A stretch of DNA of 64,000 nucleotides from Euglena gracilis (taxonomy: Eukaryota), in contig CP154954.1 in NCBI GenBank assembly GCA_039621445.1, forward strand, positions 13,200,716-13,264,715. Direction: 5' to 3'. Below the pieces are notes generated by a model, which saw only the letters and a list, made by a program, of their open reading frames with translations, did not search any database and was not told the DNA's origin. Shown piece by piece: positions 59,280-64,000 of this stretch. A program made the position numbers and the translations under genes. Numbering within the stretch: position 1 is the first letter of the stretch; each line of letters opens with the position of its first letter.

Positions 59280-59381
59280 GGTGGCTGTAAGCGCCAATGC
59301 GGCGTCTTTCAGAAACCTCGTCAGGTATTTGCCTGACACCCTGTTCGGGTATTTGCCCGAACACCCCTTCGAAGTCCCTTT

Positions 59382-62300
59382 GCGGTATATATATTATATA
59401 CCGCCCGAAAGGCAATGGTAGAGCCGAGGCAGCCGTGAAATCCGTTGTCAATATGCTTCGCCTTTCACTGGATGACTCGGGTAAGAATTGGTTATCCGTT
59501 CTTCATTGGTGTTTATTTTACATCAATACGTTGCCAGGGTTGGTATTAGCACACTCACCGTACAAAATTGTTTTCGGACGAGACCCTCCGGCCATAGGGG
59601 ATATCCCCTCGGAGAGACCCGCCCGAAGTAGTGTCAGCTGTGAAACGTGGTTTGCAGAAGTGGAATCACTCCGCCCTGCAGTCCAATCACGTGTCACAGA
59701 AATTCATTCCAACAAACGGAAATCGTTTTTACAAAACTTCAACACACCCGTGTATAGTCCAGGTGACCGCGTGTGGGTACGGAATAACCGCACCCGCATG
59801 CAATCTTCCAAGCTAGATCCTCTTTGGCTCGGCCCATGCGAAATTTTGGAGAGATTAGGTAGTATCGGGCGATATAAAGTTGCCTTGCCCAACGGGATTG
59901 AGGACGTCCATATGGACGACTTCAAACCGTACCTAAGCCCCCCAGACGGAAAGGCTATCACCTGCCTATATTTTAAGCCCCGTTCCAGATTACCTGAAAC
60001 GGACGACTTTGTGGTCGATAAGATAATAGAGCACAAGGTCGACAGGGGTGTGCACTACTGGAAAGTTCGCTGGAAAGGGTATGGGCCAGAGAGGACACTT
60101 GGGAGCCAGCATCCAGTTTTGTTGGACATATCCAGCAGTATTGGAAGCTGTGGAACAAGCGCAATAACATAGACATAAACATAAACACTTTCTGAAACGA
60201 TTTCGTTTCGGAGAATGTGTGTGTTTTATGTGAATGTTTCGCGTTTATACCCCCCCCTGCACTCATCTTCTGTCTTTCTCACAGAGTTTTTGATTAGACA
60301 GAAGCCTTCTTTTTTCAGTGCACCAGCACTCAAAGCTACTGACAAAAAGGTTTCCCTTCGCTGCAGTCGTCGTTCGGGTAGCATCATGCTGCCTGGGCGC
60401 GGACCTGGACCAGGTCCACCATGGCCGCAGCCTCCTGGCGCGCCATACCCCCAGTACCCTCAGTATGCTGAGGCCCTGATTCCGGGTGCCCCACATGCTG
60501 AGAGTGTTTCAGCCCCGGTATTCGCCGCGGCTACCAGCAGCCGGTCCGCATATGCGGCACCAGATCCATCTGCCGTCCAGCAGCCGGCACCCCAGCCACC
60601 AGTGCAGCGCAGATTGCGCCTGCCCCCGTATGCGGGAGAGATGATCTTCCGCACTACGGAGACTTTGGAGCGGGCGATGTGTATGTGCGCACACCCCCCA
60701 ACGGATCCCTTTATGCAAGCCCTTTGGGATGCATACTGTGCTCAGTTGTTGGTGGTAACCAACACGCCTGTGGCTCAGTGGTGTCCCTGTGGTCAAGCCC
60801 TGATGACGGGGAGACAGTATTTCTCGTGGGCATCCGATTCCGGATTCAAGCCTGGCGAAACAATGATGGACCTTGGCGTGTATGTGCCGCCCATGCTGCA
60901 AACGCAGAGGACGGTGGGATCCCACACCGTGCATATGCGTGAGCATACGCCCCCACCGGTAGGTGAGGCTGTGCATGTCCCACCTGGGATGACGAGAATT
61001 TTTGCTCGCCCGCCCTCGCCGCAGCGAATGCCCCCGCGCGAGCCGCCAGCGGAGCAATTTGTCTCGCAGTACGCGACGCACGCGGATTACCCGCGCGGCG
61101 CACGCGTGCTCCCAGCCGGACAGTCGGACATGCCCCCTGAGGCATACATCCAACACACGTTCGTGCACTGGATGCCACAGGCATCACTGGTCGCCCCTGC
61201 CCCTGGCGTTGAGCCACGGCGGCAGGTGGAGTCCATAGTGGTGGAGGATGAACCTCCCCACAGTGTGGCAGCCTGACCGCCCAGGCACCTCCTGTCCAGA
61301 CCGGGGATATCCCCCGTCGGCAGGAGGCTACCCACTACCACATGGCACCTCCGGGAACCGAGCAGGATGAGCTTGCTCGGCACTTCCTGCAGGAGCCAGT
61401 ATTCGCGTCTGAAGAGCACCGGACGAGGTATTACGCCTCTCTGGCTGCCCTTCAGGGATACACCCCCTACCATCCGTACCAGCCGCAGCTGCGGGTGGCA
61501 ACCCCGGTTTTACCCGGTGAGCCCCCGGCAGGTGTGGCAGTATTACCTGCCACCCTGAAGCGCGACAGGGCTACGGAGAACCTTACCCCACAGCCCAGGC
61601 GACCCGAGCCAAGGGACGCGGAAGGCGGTGTGGCGATGCAGGTGGAAGCCAGCCAGGATACCCCGACTGGACGACCACCGGCAGAGGCACAGGTGGCGAT
61701 GAGCCGTCCTGTTGCCGCAATGCCACCGCCGATCCCTCCGGTATGGAAGGAGCCGCGACCCCCTGCGTCGAAGCCAATCCCACGCCAGGCTCCTAGCCAA
61801 CGCCCAGCCACGCCATCACCGCGACGTGCAGCAGGTCGGCAAGATCCCTCCCCAGAGATGGAATGGGAAGGAACCGAACCGACTGCGGCACAGAGCGCCT
61901 GACCCTCTGGTATTCGCCAGATGGGGAAGGACACTGGCAAGGCTGAGGGCAAAGGCAAAGGAGAAGGCAAAGGCGTTTGCCGGCAAAGGTAAGGGTGAGG
62001 GCAAAGGTGAGGGTAAAGGTAAGGGTACAGGACGTGAGGAGGAAGAAGAACCAGCGGAAGTCCTCTCGGACTTTGAGCAAATGCTCAGGTTCAAGGAGGA
62101 GCTGGAGGACGAAGGCTGGCAAATGCAGCATGATTACCATGTTGCAGGAAACCGCCCCGTCACCCCTCCACAAGCTGTCATCGATGTGGTATTACACCAC
62201 ACCGAGAACAGAGTCAGACAATTCCATTACGGAATTGATCTGTACGCCTTCGAAGGTGAAGGTGACAGACCGTTGCTGGATGCCCAGCCAGGTTTGTGGG

Positions 62301-64000
62301 AGCTCTGGTTTTGGCTGGGATACCCCTGCCAGAACTGGGGTCTCTTCAGCGATTCCACTGGTCGCAGTTACCTGCACCAGTTAGGATTCCGGGACCAGCA
62401 TGTGTTGGCCCGGAGGCTGAAGGCCTACTTCGAATGTATTCACTCGGTAGGACCCCTCGGAGTCCAGTGGAAATACTACCCCCTGAACCCCGACATCGAA
62501 CGCCTGATCGAGGTGTTGTGGTGCAACAACCTCCAGGTTTGGCTGGTGAGCCATTACGGCTCCACCTTCCGCGTTAAGCGTGTTTCCCTGGCTTACCCAC
62601 AGAGGTATGACCTCTGTTGTAAGTACTGCGGGCAGGAATTTCCTGTCGACTTCTGGGGATTCGGCGTCCGCGGAAGTCCTCCACCGCCTCGGGATAACCC
62701 GGGCCTGGAGATGGGACGCCGCATGCTTATGCATGTGTGCCGCGACGCCCCGGATCTCCAGGGCAAAAGTCACCGCGTCCGCAAGCAGCGTGTTTTTATG
62801 CTGCACCAGTTCTGGTGGCGAGCCTGGACCACCTACGTCATGGAGGTGTATGTACATCTCCGTGACCCCCAGGACGACAGGCCTGGTATGGAAAGCTTGC
62901 CACCGGACTACGGCGATCCCATTGAGGGTCCTCGTCGTCGTCGGGTCATCGCCGACCTGCGCCGCAACTGGCACCTGGCTGATATCAGCCTGGAAGAACA
63001 CTTGCGGCGACAGTTCGGCGGTACCCTCGACCGGGAGGTATTCCTCCAGTTGATGATGCACCCGAAGGCCGTCCTCGACCTGCGTATGCCGATTCTGGCA
63101 TGCGTTCAGGAGTTAAAGGGGGGCTTTTTCGAGGTCTGGGAGGATACGCGTTACCTCGGATTCCTGGGCCCGAACAGGCCTGCGAACGCCTGGGTGCAGC
63201 CATCATGGCCGCCACCCTGGCCCAACAGCGCCAGCAGCAGTACGCTGGCCTTTTACAGGCTGGCGGATACTCAGGGATGCCGATGGCATCCCGACGATCC
63301 TCGTTCGCCCGAGGATCTGCGTGCCTTCATCGCCCCGGAGGATGAACCTCTGGCGCGAAGGAGACGTGAGGCGTCAGTCGCTTCCACCACCGCGATTCCG
63401 CGGCGGGAGGAACGCGAACGCAGCCCCTCCGTCACCATTCTGGAGGCAGCGCCGCCGTCTCCGACAGGAACGGCTGTATCCTTGGTCTCTGCCCCGCGAG
63501 CGGCAGGGGAACGATCAGTTTCCCCGGCCCCCGCGGCGGCTCCCGTCTGTCCACCGGTAGGTGGGGACGAGGAACTCCCTCAGGAAGGCGAGAACGTGAA
63601 GGATATCCTCTACGCTGCTCTACCTGCACCGGCACAGCCTCGGCCAGACGAAGCACCCACAGAGGATATACCTGTGACAGCAACGCCTGTCCCGACGGCT
63701 GAACCTCAACCCGAGGTGACTGGTATGGTCGTCGACGATATCGTCGAAGAACCTACCAGCCCCGCAGCACGCACCTCATTAGGAGGCCGCGTGCTCGGCG
63801 CCGTAGTCACCGGCATTACTGCCGTGGCTGCTGCACTAACGCCACGAGGTGGAGGCGTAGCATTAAGCTCCGCCGCTGAGGTCGTGGAGATGCCGGATGT
63901 CGCCGTCCCTGCACCCCCATCTCCGGCAGAAGTGCAACCACCGTTAGGGGATGAACCCCTGCCGACAGAGACATCTGTCGCACCGGCTACAACGGAGGTT
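59382..64000 (+). repeat. Further tandem array unit (integrase+chromodomain 59405-60194; ORF3 from 60386, running off the window)
   Basis: Same palindromic junction at 59382 and collinear content. Confidence 0.92.

Overview
A eukaryotic, transposon-only region with no recognisable host gene. The backbone is a head-to-tail array of a ~6.6-kb unit on the + strand. Each unit is an internal piece of a chromodomain Ty3/Gypsy LTR retrotransposon (family C): the 3' half of integrase plus chromodomain, followed by a large unknown Cys/His- and Pro-rich ORF ('ORF3', ~1,830 aa when reconstructed). One array run ends in the element's genuine 3' UTR, PPT and LTR (~55180-56186). Three LTR structures are nested in the array, all antisense to it: (i) a very young, internally deleted family-C copy (9716-17536); (ii) a rearranged family-B structure with 1.1-kb inverted repeats (21203-26957); (iii) a complete 13.1-kb chromodomain Gypsy element (39587-52720, 'element M'). 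The main finding is in element M. Between gag and protease, and in the same reading frame as pol, it encodes two DNA methyltransferase domains in tandem: a DIRS/Dam-type N6-adenine MTase (DAFA...WINPPF...VVPQW) and a C5-cytosine MTase (LDLFCG...PC...ENP...KPTRIW...YRIP). This copy is decayed, with in-frame stops and frameshifts. All calls come from by-eye motif reading; no database searches were run.
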